Shown here: piece after piece, positions 10,456 through 19,937 of the stretch
Layout: every line of letters starts with the position of its first letter
Position numbering within the stretch: position 1 is the stretch's first letter
Source of the DNA: Candidatus Krumholzibacteriota bacterium
GTDB lineage: Bacteria > Krumholzibacteriota > Krumholzibacteriia > LZORAL124-64-63
NCBI GenBank assembly: GCA_039714075.1
Contig: JBDLKA010000012.1
Location: 1 to 54,319 of the forward strand
DNA: 54,319 nt
Reading direction: 5' to 3'
Position numbers and translations under genes: made by a program
Notes under the pieces: model-generated
What the model saw: the letters and a program-made list of their open reading frames with translations, nothing else
Database searches by the model: none
What the model was told of the DNA's origin: nothing

Positions 10456-11012
10456 GCCTTTACATCACCCTGGGCATTCTGGCGGTCATCCTGCTGTGGG
10501 CGGCCTTGAACTACAACCTCCTGGTCCGCATCCGCCAGCAGGTCCGGGAATCGTGGTCGGGGATCGACACGGAACTGAAACGCCGGTACGACCTGGTGCC
10601 CAACCTGGTGGAAACGGTCAAGGGATACGCCGCGCACGAGCGGCAGGTGCTGACCGCGGTGACCGATGCCCGGGCCCGCGCCCAGGCCTCCACTGGCAGT
10701 CCCGAGAGCCAGGCCCAGGATGAGCAGGAACTGGTCGCCAGCATGCGTCAACTGCTGGCCGTGGCCGAGGACTACCCGGATCTCAAGGCCAGCGAACACT
10801 ACCTGTCCCTGCAGCAGGAACTTTCCAACACCGAGGACCGGATCCAGGCCGCCCGGCGTTTCTACAACGGCAACGTCAGGGATCTGAATACAAGGATCGA
10901 GGTTTTTCCCTCGAACCTTATCGCCGCCTTGTTCCATTTCGTGAAAGAGGAATATTTCGAGGTGGAGAGTTCGGTCATTCGCCAAGTGGTGGACGTGAAC
11001 TTCTCCGACTAA
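10452..11012 (+). CDS. lemA: LemA family protein
   Basis: TM helix, then YNLLV, WSGIDTELKRRYDLVPNLVETVKGYA, YPDLKA, ARRFYN and FPSNLIA. Confidence 0.93.
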   Translation: MSLYITLGILAVILLWAALNYNLLVRIRQQVRESWSGIDTELKRRYDLVPNLVETVKGYAAHERQVLTAVTDARARAQASTGSPESQAQDEQELVASMRQLLAVAEDYPDLKASEHYLSLQQELSNTEDRIQAARRFYNGNVRDLNTRIEVFPSNLIAALFHFVKEEYFEVESSVIRQVVDVNFSD

Positions 11013-11054
11013 CCAAACCTGACCGTTTCCTTCCTACCCGTGAAAGGTCTCCCG

Positions 11055-13022
11055 ATGAGCACCGACGGCTCCCTGTTCACCCCCTTCGCCGAGCGCGAGG
11101 AAATTTTGTCCATAGGCCCCGAACTGGTGGCCGCCGCGGGTCTGGATTCCTGGTCGTCACAGTTCAAGCTGGGCACCGCGGGCTACCGGGATCTGCTCGA
11201 TCCCGAGGATCTGTTCAACTTCGGGGTTCCCCTGAACGGGTTGACCCTGGCGGTCATTCTGGAGGCCCGGGCCAGACTGGCGGTCGAAAACGGGATCCGC
11301 AGTCTGCATGTCGGCGGCGAGGTTCGTCCCCATACCCAGGAATTCATCGACCTGGCGGCCCGGATTTACGCGGGCCATGGAATCCGGGTTCACCTGCGGC
11401 CGGCCGACGAGCGGACGACGCCCATCTGGCTTTCCTCCTTCGGGGTCTTCTTCAACGAACTGGATGGCGGGGAGAACTTCACCGCTTCCCACAGCCAAAG
11501 CTACAAGGGCGGCTGGAAACCGATGGAGGCCGCGGGCGGGCAGTTGATGGCCATGGCGGGGCAGATCGCCGACCGGGTCCGGGATCTGGTCCGGGAGGCG
11601 GCCGCAGAGGGTCTGGTCATTCGTCTGGCTTCGGCCGGGGACGATTTGATCCAACGGGATTTCGACCCGGTGGACGCCTACGTGGAAGTCCTTCGCCAGG
11701 TGGTGCCCGACCGGTTGCTGGGAGAGATTCCCCTGGCGGTAGGCAAGGACTTCCGTGCCGCGTTCTGCACCGAGGGTGGTTCCATGGGACCGACGGCCCG
11801 GCGGATTTTCAAGGCCCTGGACATTCCGGCGGGCGACGATGCCCCGATCTTCTTCACCCATGAAGCCGAAAGCAGCAGCTACCACGGGATCGGCGTGGTG
11901 GACGGCGAGAACCACGGCGTCGATCCGGGAAAATGGCAGGTCTACAAGCATGTGGGCGCCCAGGAACTCCTGCAGCAACGCAGGTGTGACGTCTTTTTCA
12001 TCTGGGATCCGGACGGTGACCGCTTCAACATGGTCACCGTGGCTCCGGCGGCGGTGGCCGAATCGGCGGCCACCGCCGGCCTGGAAGTGGACCCGATGGA
12101 CGCCGAGCGCTGCCTGGTCTTTTTCAAACCCAATCAGATCTATTTCATGCTCACCGCCCTGAAAATCGCCTCTCTCGCCGATGAAGGCGCACTGGACGAT
12201 TACAACTGGATCGTGGCCACAACCTGGCCGACCAGCATGAGCATCGGGGAGATCGCCGACACCTTCAACGAACGCTTTGACGGCAGCCTCGGCACCTTCC
12301 GCGTGCCGGTGGGCTTCAAGTATTTCGCATCGCTGGTGGGGGATCTGGAGGATCAGATCGCCGCCGGGACGGCCAACACCCGTGCCACCGATGTGACCGG
12401 GACGGTCGCGGAGTTCGGGCCCAAACCCCGGTTGCTGATGATGGCCGAAGAAAGCGGCGGCGCCGCCATGGGCCCGGCCGAACCGGTGGTCAGCCGCCAC
12501 GGCAACCGGGCCAGCCTGGCTCCCAAGGAAAAGGACGCCATGCAGATCGGGGTGATGGCCTTGTGTCTGGCCGCCCAGCTGCATGTCCAGGGCGGCAGCT
12601 TCGCCGGTTACTACCTGGAACTCCTGGAAAAATACGAGACCCGCTACCGTTTCTACGAACGCCGGGACATCACCCTGTTCGACGAGTCGCTGCAGGGCGC
12701 CGCCCGCTCCGAAGCGAAGGCCGCCGGCAATGCCCGCAAGGAAGCCACCGTGGCGTTTTTTGCTGCCCTGGAAGGAAAAGACCCGTCAGAAGCTTCCTCC
12801 ATATTGGTGGACCGCATGCCCGAGGGTTCGGCGTTGCCCACCATCAACCGGGTCATCCACGCCGGCGACGGCACCTACATAGAGTTCGACAGCCTGTGGT
12901 TCGAGCTGCGCGCCTCCGGCACCGACGCGGTCCTGCGCTACTACATGGAAGGCCGTGATCCTACTTTGGTCGCCGAGTTGAACGAAGCTTTCACCCTCTT
13001 GAATATCGATGGAGATGCTTGA
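11055..13022 (+). CDS. Alpha-D-phosphohexomutase (phosphoglucomutase/phosphomannomutase family)
   Basis: GTAGYR, phosphoserine motif TASHS, metal loop DPDGDR, EESGG and RASGT. Confidence 0.85.
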   Translation: MSTDGSLFTPFAEREEILSIGPELVAAAGLDSWSSQFKLGTAGYRDLLDPEDLFNFGVPLNGLTLAVILEARARLAVENGIRSLHVGGEVRPHTQEFIDLAARIYAGHGIRVHLRPADERTTPIWLSSFGVFFNELDGGENFTASHSQSYKGGWKPMEAAGGQLMAMAGQIADRVRDLVREAAAEGLVIRLASAGDDLIQRDFDPVDAYVEVLRQVVPDRLLGEIPLAVGKDFRAAFCTEGGSMGPTARRIFKALDIPAGDDAPIFFTHEAESSSYHGIGVVDGENHGVDPGKWQVYKHVGAQELLQQRRCDVFFIWDPDGDRFNMVTVAPAAVAESAATAGLEVDPMDAERCLVFFKPNQIYFMLTALKIASLADEGALDDYNWIVATTWPTSMSIGEIADTFNERFDGSLGTFRVPVGFKYFASLVGDLEDQIAAGTANTRATDVTGTVAEFGPKPRLLMMAEESGGAAMGPAEPVVSRHGNRASLAPKEKDAMQIGVMALCLAAQLHVQGGSFAGYYLELLEKYETRYRFYERRDITLFDESLQGAARSEAKAAGNARKEATVAFFAALEGKDPSEASSILVDRMPEGSALPTINRVIHAGDGTYIEFDSLWFELRASGTDAVLRYYMEGRDPTLVAELNEAFTLLNIDGDA

Positions 13023-13211
13023 GGTGCTTCGGCACTGATCCGGGTTCCTGTCATGACTGTTTCAGCGGTGTCATGGAGGCTTCGGAGCCATGGATGGCGG
13101 AGAAGCCGGAATGCCAAGAAAGGCAGCCACACGATGTGGCTGCCCTTCGTCCGCTGAAACAGTCATGACAGGAATCCGGATCAGTACCGAAACACCCCGA
13201 ACACCTCCACC
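13008..13211. repeat. 61-bp imperfect inverted repeat (13008-13068 / 13151-13211) enclosing internal hairpins between convergent genes
   Basis: Manual alignment gives 53/61 identity with all 8 differences being transitions. Inner hairpin GGCAGCCACA-cga-TGTGGCTGCC at about 13122-13144. Confidence 0.9.
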
Positions 13212-15130
13212 CCTTCAAAGGCGGGCTCGAGCTTACACACACCTCCGGAGCACAGGAACCCTTCCTGCCTCTTGCCGGCCCACAGGTTGAGATTGCCGCC
13301 CCCGCTGAGGGTGTAGGTGATCTGCCCGGCGGGAAAGGGCCCTTTCTCTTCACCGGTCAGCAGACGGTGTTCCTCGAATTTGTTGTTGATCTCCAGGATG
13401 GCGGCGAAGGCCCAGCGTGGTGCGGTCTCGTACTCGAGCTTGAACCACTGTTCGTCGTAGGCGCCCAGATCGATGCCGCGACCGCCGCCCAGGCGCACAT
13501 GCATGTGTTCGGCCTGCAGGGTCAATGACCGGGTGGACGTGGCGAACCAGGTCACCTCGCCCATGACGGTCTGGCGCAATCCTTCGCTGTCCTGGTAACC
13601 GAAAGCGCCCAGAACCCGAAAATCTCCCAGCCGATCCTTCACGAAACTACCGTAGGCCAGTTCGTAGATGGTCTGGTCTGCATGATTCCTGATCCGGGCG
13701 CCGCTCGCCTGAAGCGTCCAGCCGTTCTGACCGGAATAGACCAGGTCCAGATTATTGCCCACCTCGTCATTGGCGTTGAGGTTGTGCGGGGCCCGGTTCA
13801 GCAGGGTCCAGGTGTACTCGCGGGCCAGGGAGGGCGGGCGATTCAGGGCGGTGATCCCGTCCGCGGCGGAAATCAATTCAAAACGTTCATAATCGCTGGT
13901 TTCCCAGGACACCGCGAACGGCCCCTGGTAGAGATTCAGGTTACCGTAGAGGGCCGAGCCCTTTTCGAAGCTGTCGGTCGCCCGGTTGCGTAGCATATTC
14001 CAGCCGGTTTCGATGTAGTAGTCGCCGAAGCCGAAATTCTGGCGGGCCCGGACCGCCGAGGCCCAATCCCGGTGGACCTTGCCGTCGGCATCCTCGAATT
14101 CGTCCGCGCGGTATGTCATGCCGGTGAGGCCGATGTTGATCTTGTAGGGGAAAGCGTAATTGAAATCGGCGGCGCGGATGTCCTTGTCGTTCACCTTGGG
14201 GGTTCCCGACAAGGCCGTGGCAGTGATGGCGCCGTTCTTATAGGTGCCGATGAGACCGTCAAGCCGCGTGTCGATCCTCACGGTGCGGTCCTCGTAGGAA
14301 TTGAAGATGAGCCCGCGCCCGAACAGACCGTAGAAGTGGCCGGCCCTCACGAAGACCTTGTCGCTGGAAAACTCGAAGAACCGGTGCTCGATGGTGTTGC
14401 CCCGGCCGCCCTCGTCGCCGGGGGCCTGGGAGTTGAGCATGATGCCGGTGCGGAACCCGCCGAACTGGTAGCTCACATCCAGCCAGTTGTCGAATATTTC
14501 CTGACGGGTCTCATCGGAATAGGAGTATTCGAAGCGGTCGGTGGCCGTGACGGCTTCGCCCCAGGCCGGTTTGCCGGTTTCGACGCTGGTGCCTTCTTCG
14601 ACATGGGCCAGAAGGGCTTCGATCTCACGTTCCAGTTCCTCTTCGTCGCCTTCCTTGTAGCCGATGTGACGGTAGATTTCCCGGCCCTGCCCGTCGAAAA
14701 CAACCGTGAACGGGAGGATGCCGCCCACCTGCAGGAGCTGCTGCAGTTCCGCTCCGGTATCCAGCGGCACAATGAGGTTGTCGTACCCCTTGGCCTGGAT
14801 GAAGGGCGCGACCTTGGCCACGGCCTTGGAGGCGTCGGTGTTGACGGCCAGGAAGGTGACCCGGCCCTCGAATTGGCCGGCCAGGCGGTTCATGTGCGGC
14901 ATTTCCTTGAGGCAGGGCTTGCACCAGGTCGCCCAGAAGTTAAGCACCACCGGACCTTTGCGCAGGGTATCGTGAAAATTGACGGTTTCCCCGCTGGTTG
15001 TCTCAAGGGTCCAATCGGCGGTTTTCTCCAGGGCCAGAGCAGGGGTGAAGGCGGCCGCGAAAAAAAGTGCCAGAAGCAGGGAGCCGATTGTCAGGCCGAT
15101 GGCCGGTGGCGAGAGGATCCGTCGCGTCAT
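13181..15130 (-). CDS. Fusion of a TlpA-like thiol-disulfide oxidoreductase and a DUF6029-like outer-membrane beta-barrel
   Basis: Signal peptide and NFWATWCKPC. Barrel region has GHFYGLFGRGLIF...DTRLDG and ends GFLCSGGVCKLEPAFEG...FRY with a terminal aromatic residue. Confidence 0.8.
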   Translation of the reverse strand: MTRRILSPPAIGLTIGSLLLALFFAAAFTPALALEKTADWTLETTSGETVNFHDTLRKGPVVLNFWATWCKPCLKEMPHMNRLAGQFEGRVTFLAVNTDASKAVAKVAPFIQAKGYDNLIVPLDTGAELQQLLQVGGILPFTVVFDGQGREIYRHIGYKEGDEEELEREIEALLAHVEEGTSVETGKPAWGEAVTATDRFEYSYSDETRQEIFDNWLDVSYQFGGFRTGIMLNSQAPGDEGGRGNTIEHRFFEFSSDKVFVRAGHFYGLFGRGLIFNSYEDRTVRIDTRLDGLIGTYKNGAITATALSGTPKVNDKDIRAADFNYAFPYKINIGLTGMTYRADEFEDADGKVHRDWASAVRARQNFGFGDYYIETGWNMLRNRATDSFEKGSALYGNLNLYQGPFAVSWETSDYERFELISAADGITALNRPPSLAREYTWTLLNRAPHNLNANDEVGNNLDLVYSGQNGWTLQASGARIRNHADQTIYELAYGSFVKDRLGDFRVLGAFGYQDSEGLRQTVMGEVTWFATSTRSLTLQAEHMHVRLGGGRGIDLGAYDEQWFKLEYETAPRWAFAAILEINNKFEEHRLLTGEEKGPFPAGQITYTLSGGGNLNLWAGKRQEGFLCSGGVCKLEPAFEGVEVFGVFRY

Positions 15131-15191
15131 TCCTGCTCCTTGTTTCCCGTCGTGGGGCCGGGAGGGTCCTGTCTTCTGATTGGATGCCCAC

Positions 15192-16586
15192 CTAACGGGC
15201 CAGGGTCATCTTTACCGTTCGGGCTTCGGGGCCCACCAGCACTTGCGCCAGAAAGACGCCGGAGGCCAGGGTCCGGCCACCATCGTCACGTCCGTCCCAG
15301 GACATGGTCTGGGGCCCGGGTGCCAGAAGGCCGCGGAAAAGACTACGGATTTTGCGACCCCGCAGGTCATAGATCACAACTTCGCTGTTCACGGCCAGGG
15401 ATCCGCCCACCTCGAACTTCAAACTGGTCCGGGGGTTGAACGGGTTCGGAGTGACAAAGGGCTTGCTGACCAGGGGGGATTGGACTCGGTCTCCCACAGG
15501 GGAGAACCGGGCGATGATCCAGTCCAGGACCGAGGTCATCATATCGTCGCGCTGGCCTGCGGTCGCCACACCTTCGAAGCCGAAGGCGGCGAAAAAGGTG
15601 CGTCCGTCGCCAGGGGCTGCGCGCACAGCCGCGACCGGTCCGGTGAAATAATTCATGGCGGTCACCGTGTTGCCGACTTTGACGATCTCGTCGGGGCTGG
15701 CATTGTTGTCGGCTCCGTCGCCCCCGTTGATGGCCAGGACCATGCCGTCGGAAATCGGATCACCGGGAACACCGTTGACCAGGCTCGTGGCGGCGTTGTC
15801 GGCGAGGTAATCCACTCCCAGCAGGTCGCCGAACCAGGTCCGGGATTCGGGTGTGTAGTGAGGGCTTCCCGGGTCGCAATAATCCCGGGCCAGATTCTGG
15901 CCGGTCAGGAACAGGTTGCCCCCGTTCCATACGTATTCGATCAGGCTGGCGCGGTCGGCGGCGCTCAAAGCCTGGTTGTTGGTGCCGGCGAACCAGACGA
16001 CGGCGTCGAAGTTGGCCAGTTCGGTCCCGGAAAGGTCGCCCATGTAACTGCGGGTCCAGGTGGCGTTGGTGCGGCCGGTGGCGTCGATGGCATTGGTGAA
16101 AAAGGATTCGTGGAACGCCCCGCCGTCCGCGTCGACACTCAGGATCTCCAGTCCCGAGGTGACGATCGAAAAGAAGTTGACCTCCACCACGCCGGGGTCG
16201 CTCAGGCTTTCCACCGTGGCGATGGTCGTCCCTTTGCCTTCATCGATGGCGGCGGTCAGCGCGAAATCCAGATTCGTGTCCTCTCCCGGATCCAGGACAA
16301 AGGTATGGGCCGTGACCGAAGGCGGATAACAGATCGGTCCCTGGCAGATGGTGGCCTGCCAGAAAGGCGGCATGTCCTTGACGATGGAGACCCGGAAGGA
16401 ATCGACCACGGCGGCGGTGTTGGTGAAGGTGGTCGTGAAATCCTCGAGGATGAGCATGTCCTTGACCGCGCTCTGGTCGGGGATGGACCAGTCGAAGGAA
16501 TACTGGGCACCGGCGGTGCCGGCGGTCAGGATGACCAGGACCGTCGACAGGACGATGATGACGGGAGTGGGGCGAAGGGCTCTCAT
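15192..16586 (-). CDS. Secreted protein with an N-terminal C-x4-C Ig-like domain and C-terminal FlgD-Ig domain
   Basis: Signal peptide, WQATICQGPICYPP, and PNPFNPRT...YDLRGRKIR...WDGRDDGG...SGVF...KMTLAR. Start overlaps the upstream stop. Confidence 0.8.
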   Translation of the reverse strand: MRALRPTPVIIVLSTVLVILTAGTAGAQYSFDWSIPDQSAVKDMLILEDFTTTFTNTAAVVDSFRVSIVKDMPPFWQATICQGPICYPPSVTAHTFVLDPGEDTNLDFALTAAIDEGKGTTIATVESLSDPGVVEVNFFSIVTSGLEILSVDADGGAFHESFFTNAIDATGRTNATWTRSYMGDLSGTELANFDAVVWFAGTNNQALSAADRASLIEYVWNGGNLFLTGQNLARDYCDPGSPHYTPESRTWFGDLLGVDYLADNAATSLVNGVPGDPISDGMVLAINGGDGADNNASPDEIVKVGNTVTAMNYFTGPVAAVRAAPGDGRTFFAAFGFEGVATAGQRDDMMTSVLDWIIARFSPVGDRVQSPLVSKPFVTPNPFNPRTSLKFEVGGSLAVNSEVVIYDLRGRKIRSLFRGLLAPGPQTMSWDGRDDGGRTLASGVFLAQVLVGPEARTVKMTLAR

Positions 16587-17833
16587 CGGAAGATCCTTTC
16601 GGGAGACGGGGCGGGGGCGATGGTGGAGCCCGCCTGAAGGATGGCGTGGCTGACGTCGTGCTGGACGAAAGCGATAGCGACATAGTTGTCGGGCGCGGCG
16701 CCGCCTCTTTGCAGGGTGAGGTTGAACTGCTGGGGTTCCCCGGCAGTCAGGGCGCCAAGTATCGGTAATGTGTCGAGGCGGTCACGGAAGACGTGGTGGA
16801 ACTCGGTCTGGCCGTTGAGACCGGGCGCGGGATCGATCACGATGACTTCCTCGTAGATGGCAACGAACAGCACATGGCCCGTCAGGTCCGTGTTCCGGAT
16901 GGCGTCCAGGGTCACGGTGACGGGCACGTTCGCGTTGGTGAAGTCGGCGGTGACATCGACCAGAAAGCCCGGATCGGAATCCAGGGCCGCCAGTACCGCA
17001 TTTTCCATAGCGGACGCATCGAGCGCTTCGGCCTGCTTCACCCCGTCGACATACAGCTCCGGCGCCCCGGAAACCTGATACATGTCGGAGCGAGCGGAGT
17101 TTTCCTGGGGATTGGCCAGGAAGAAGGGATCGCCCAGTTCCGGCCAGGACACGCTGAATTCCAGGTACAATACCCGGTCGGAGGAGAATTCCGGTTTGGC
17201 GGCCATGGCGACCAGGTTTTCGGTCAATTCGGGGCAGGGAACGCAGCTGACGTTGGCGAAGCCCTCCAGGAAAACGGTTTTCTTCACCGCCGCTACCGAG
17301 AGGGTGAAAACATCGTCGGGAATGTCCGTAATCTGTTTGTCGACGATGGTCACTTCGTACTGCGAGGGCGTGACGACAAACCCCTCCAGTTCCAGCGATA
17401 CCATCACGGTGCCGGGCTCGAGACCCGCCACGGACGCCGGAACGGTCTTGCCGGTATCCTCCTGATCGACCAGGATGCGGGCGCCGGTGGGACTGTTGAT
17501 CCTGAAGCCCGTCTGCGAAAGGGTGAAATCCACCGTCCTGGTGTCCAGTGGTCCCAGGAAAACACTCACCGTGTCCTTGTCGGATACGAAATCCGCCATT
17601 TCAACCCAGACAAGATAGATGGCAGGGTCCAGACCCGTCAGGGTGTGGGGGGTGATGAAACCGGTGTCCTCACCATCCAGGAAGATGGCCGCACCCTCGG
17701 GCTCGGACGTAACCCTGATGTTGCCCGGTTCGACCGTGGGCGCCTCGGCTCCGCAGGAAACCAGGAACAGGATGCCGGCCAATGCCAGGGCGGGCCGGAT
17801 CATCCGGGAAAGGGAAAATTCCGTCGAGCGCAC
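16583..17833 (-). CDS. Lipoprotein with PEGA domain(s) and an Omp28-like thioredoxin-fold domain
   Basis: Lipobox LVSC, PEGA motif VTSEPEGAAIFLDG...TP, and Omp28-like LEGFANVSCVPCP, GAPELYVDG, YEE and HHVFRD. Confidence 0.8.
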   Translation of the reverse strand: MRSTEFSLSRMIRPALALAGILFLVSCGAEAPTVEPGNIRVTSEPEGAAIFLDGEDTGFITPHTLTGLDPAIYLVWVEMADFVSDKDTVSVFLGPLDTRTVDFTLSQTGFRINSPTGARILVDQEDTGKTVPASVAGLEPGTVMVSLELEGFVVTPSQYEVTIVDKQITDIPDDVFTLSVAAVKKTVFLEGFANVSCVPCPELTENLVAMAAKPEFSSDRVLYLEFSVSWPELGDPFFLANPQENSARSDMYQVSGAPELYVDGVKQAEALDASAMENAVLAALDSDPGFLVDVTADFTNANVPVTVTLDAIRNTDLTGHVLFVAIYEEVIVIDPAPGLNGQTEFHHVFRDRLDTLPILGALTAGEPQQFNLTLQRGGAAPDNYVAIAFVQHDVSHAILQAGSTIAPAPSPERIFR

Positions 17834-17993
17834 AAGACCACCTTTTTCAAAATCGACCCGACCGGAAGGGCGAATACCGGGTCGGAAACGGTTTCTTTAT
17901 CCCACATATCCACAAGTATATGAAACTATTTGCAAAAGGTGCAATTTTTGGAAAAGTTGATTCCCGCGGCCTTGGGCACGAAAATCGAGATCA

Positions 17994-18002
17994 TGGTATA
18001 AT
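17994..18002 (+). promoter_or_regulatory. Extended -10 element (TGGTATAAT) upstream of the M14 peptidase
   Basis: Perfect TGnTATAAT in an AT-rich divergent intergenic region. Confidence 0.55.
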
Positions 18003-18038
18003 TAAGATAGTGGCAACGAACTTACCCATGACGGGGGA

Positions 18039-19865
18039 TTGTTGAAGTTGAAGAAACAAAACCGATTAAAGGGTTTCGGGGAAAAGTGGGGGATGGTCCT
18101 GGTGTGGATGATCCCGTTGTTGATTTCGATCTCCCTGGTTGGCGCCGTTAGTGCCGATAACCCGGAACCGGTCCCGCGGGACATGAACGGATTGCCCTTG
18201 TGGGAGATCGCGCAGTGGCATGACTTCCCCGTTCGCCTGGATTTGGCGGGGCCCGAGGAGTTGGCTCGGTTGCTGGCGGAGGTGCCCCTGGCGTCATTTT
18301 CCCGGGAACAGATTTCGCCGGCGGACGGTGCCGGCGGCCGCGGCAGATTGGTCTTCGAACCCCGGATTACCGAAGCCGAAGCCACCGCTCTTCAGGAAGC
18401 CGGTTACATATTCAAGCGGCTTGTCGATCAGGAACGGGAATCTCGCCAGGCCGCTGAAAGGGTCTGGGCCGTGCAGGGTCTCAAAAGCGCGGTCGACCTG
18501 AAGCGGGCACCCGCGGGTTACTACCCGACCCACGCCCAGATCGGATCCATCTTCGCCCAGATGGAGATCGATTATCCGGGCATCTGCCGCACCTTTACCT
18601 GGGGCTCTTCGGTGCAGGGCCGCCAGATGTGGGGCCTGGTGATTTCCGCCGACCCGCACAACACGGCGCCCGAACCCGAAGTCCGCCTCAGCAGCACCAT
18701 GCACGGCGACGAGCCTCCCGGCATGGTCATGCTGATGAACTTCGCGGAATACCTGACAGCCAACTACGGGGTGGCCGGGTTCGAGGACGTCACCAACCTG
18801 GTGGACAACTACGAGATCCACATCATGCCGCTGCATAATCCCGACGGATACGTGGCCGGCACCCGTTCCAACGCCAACGGGGTGGATCTGAACCGCAACT
18901 TCCTCGACCCCGCGGGGACCCATACCGCCCTGGAACCGGAAAACGTCCAGTTCACGAACTACGCCGGCGGGCAGCACTTCGTCATCAGTGAAAACGGGCA
19001 CTCCGGCGCCCTGGTCGTCAACTATCCCTGGGACTACCAGTTGGCCCTGACGCCCGACGACGCGGCGATCATCAACCTGAGCCTCGAGTACTCGACCTAC
19101 AACCTGCCGATGTACAACGGTTCGTTTCCCCAGGGGATCACCAACGGGGCCCAGTGGTACATCGTGTACGGCAGCCTGCAGGACTGGTCGTATTATTCCA
19201 CCGGCTGCATCGACGTGACCATCGAGTACGACAACGTCAAGTTCCCGCCCGCCAGCCAGTTGGACGGATTATGGGACGACAACCGGGAAAGTCTGCTGCA
19301 CTTCGTCAAGGCCGCCAGGTACGGGATCGGCGGCGTGGTGACCGACTCCGGGACGGGCCTTCCGCTGGACGCGACCGTTACGGTGGTCGGCAACAGCAAG
19401 CAGGTGGTCACCGATCCGGCCCACGGCGATTACTACAAGCTTCTCGATACGGGGACCTACGACCTGGTTTTCGAGGCGGACGGATACGTGACCAAAACGG
19501 AGACCGCGGTGGCCACGGTCTGGGGAACGCCCACCGTGCTGGATGTCGCCCTGGAAGCCGATGTGTCCGATGTCCCGGGCCGGCCGGCAAGCAAGGTCAT
19601 GCTGACCGCAGCCCCCAACCCCTTCAACCCAAGCACGGAATTCACCATCACCCATCCCGGAACCGGCAGGGTCACCCTGGACGTCTACGACCTTCAGGGA
19701 CGGCGGGTCCGCCGCCTTCTGGACGGATACCGGGTCGAAGGTGGTGCGGAGATCGCCTGGAACGGTTTGGATGATCAGGGCCGGCGGGCGTCCAGCGGCG
19801 TCTACTTCGCGCTGATGAAAAGCGGGGGACAGAGGGCCTGGGTCAAGGTGGTCCTCGTCAAATGA
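18039..19865 (+). CDS. Secreted M14 zinc carboxypeptidase with carboxypeptidase-regulatory-like and C-terminal FlgD-Ig domains
   Basis: MHGDE, NPDG, RSNANGVDLNRNF, HSGALVVNYPWD, GSLQDW and a PNPFNPST...SSGVYF tail. Exact start uncertain. Confidence 0.9.
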   Translation: MLKLKKQNRLKGFGEKWGMVLVWMIPLLISISLVGAVSADNPEPVPRDMNGLPLWEIAQWHDFPVRLDLAGPEELARLLAEVPLASFSREQISPADGAGGRGRLVFEPRITEAEATALQEAGYIFKRLVDQERESRQAAERVWAVQGLKSAVDLKRAPAGYYPTHAQIGSIFAQMEIDYPGICRTFTWGSSVQGRQMWGLVISADPHNTAPEPEVRLSSTMHGDEPPGMVMLMNFAEYLTANYGVAGFEDVTNLVDNYEIHIMPLHNPDGYVAGTRSNANGVDLNRNFLDPAGTHTALEPENVQFTNYAGGQHFVISENGHSGALVVNYPWDYQLALTPDDAAIINLSLEYSTYNLPMYNGSFPQGITNGAQWYIVYGSLQDWSYYSTGCIDVTIEYDNVKFPPASQLDGLWDDNRESLLHFVKAARYGIGGVVTDSGTGLPLDATVTVVGNSKQVVTDPAHGDYYKLLDTGTYDLVFEADGYVTKTETAVATVWGTPTVLDVALEADVSDVPGRPASKVMLTAAPNPFNPSTEFTITHPGTGRVTLDVYDLQGRRVRRLLDGYRVEGGAEIAWNGLDDQGRRASSGVYFALMKSGGQRAWVKVVLVK

Positions 19866-19870
19866 CAAGA

Positions 19871-19936
19871 CCCGGACCCGGTGACTGATTCACCGCGTCC
19901 GGGCCCCGTTCGACATTTACCCTCCGGCAGGAGGGA
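19871..19936. terminator. Hairpins between convergent genes (probable bidirectional terminator)
   Basis: CCCGGAC-CCGGTGA...TCACCG-CGTCCGGG and CCCTCC-ggca-GGAGGG. Confidence 0.5.
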
Positions 19937-19937
19937 A

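Noticed and set aside
13008..13211. DGR TR/VR pair, retron ncRNA or CRISPR interpretation of the repeat
   Set aside because: The repeat is inverted, its mismatches are not adenine-specific, there are only two arms, and no reverse transcriptase or cas gene is in the window.
13181..17833. Selenocysteine read-through in the redox proteins
   Set aside because: All CxxC-type motifs are encoded as Cys in uninterrupted frames.
17896..17914. DnaA-box-like sequences (TTATCCCAC, ATATCCACA)
   Set aside because: Both are imperfect and isolated, with no origin-associated genes nearby.
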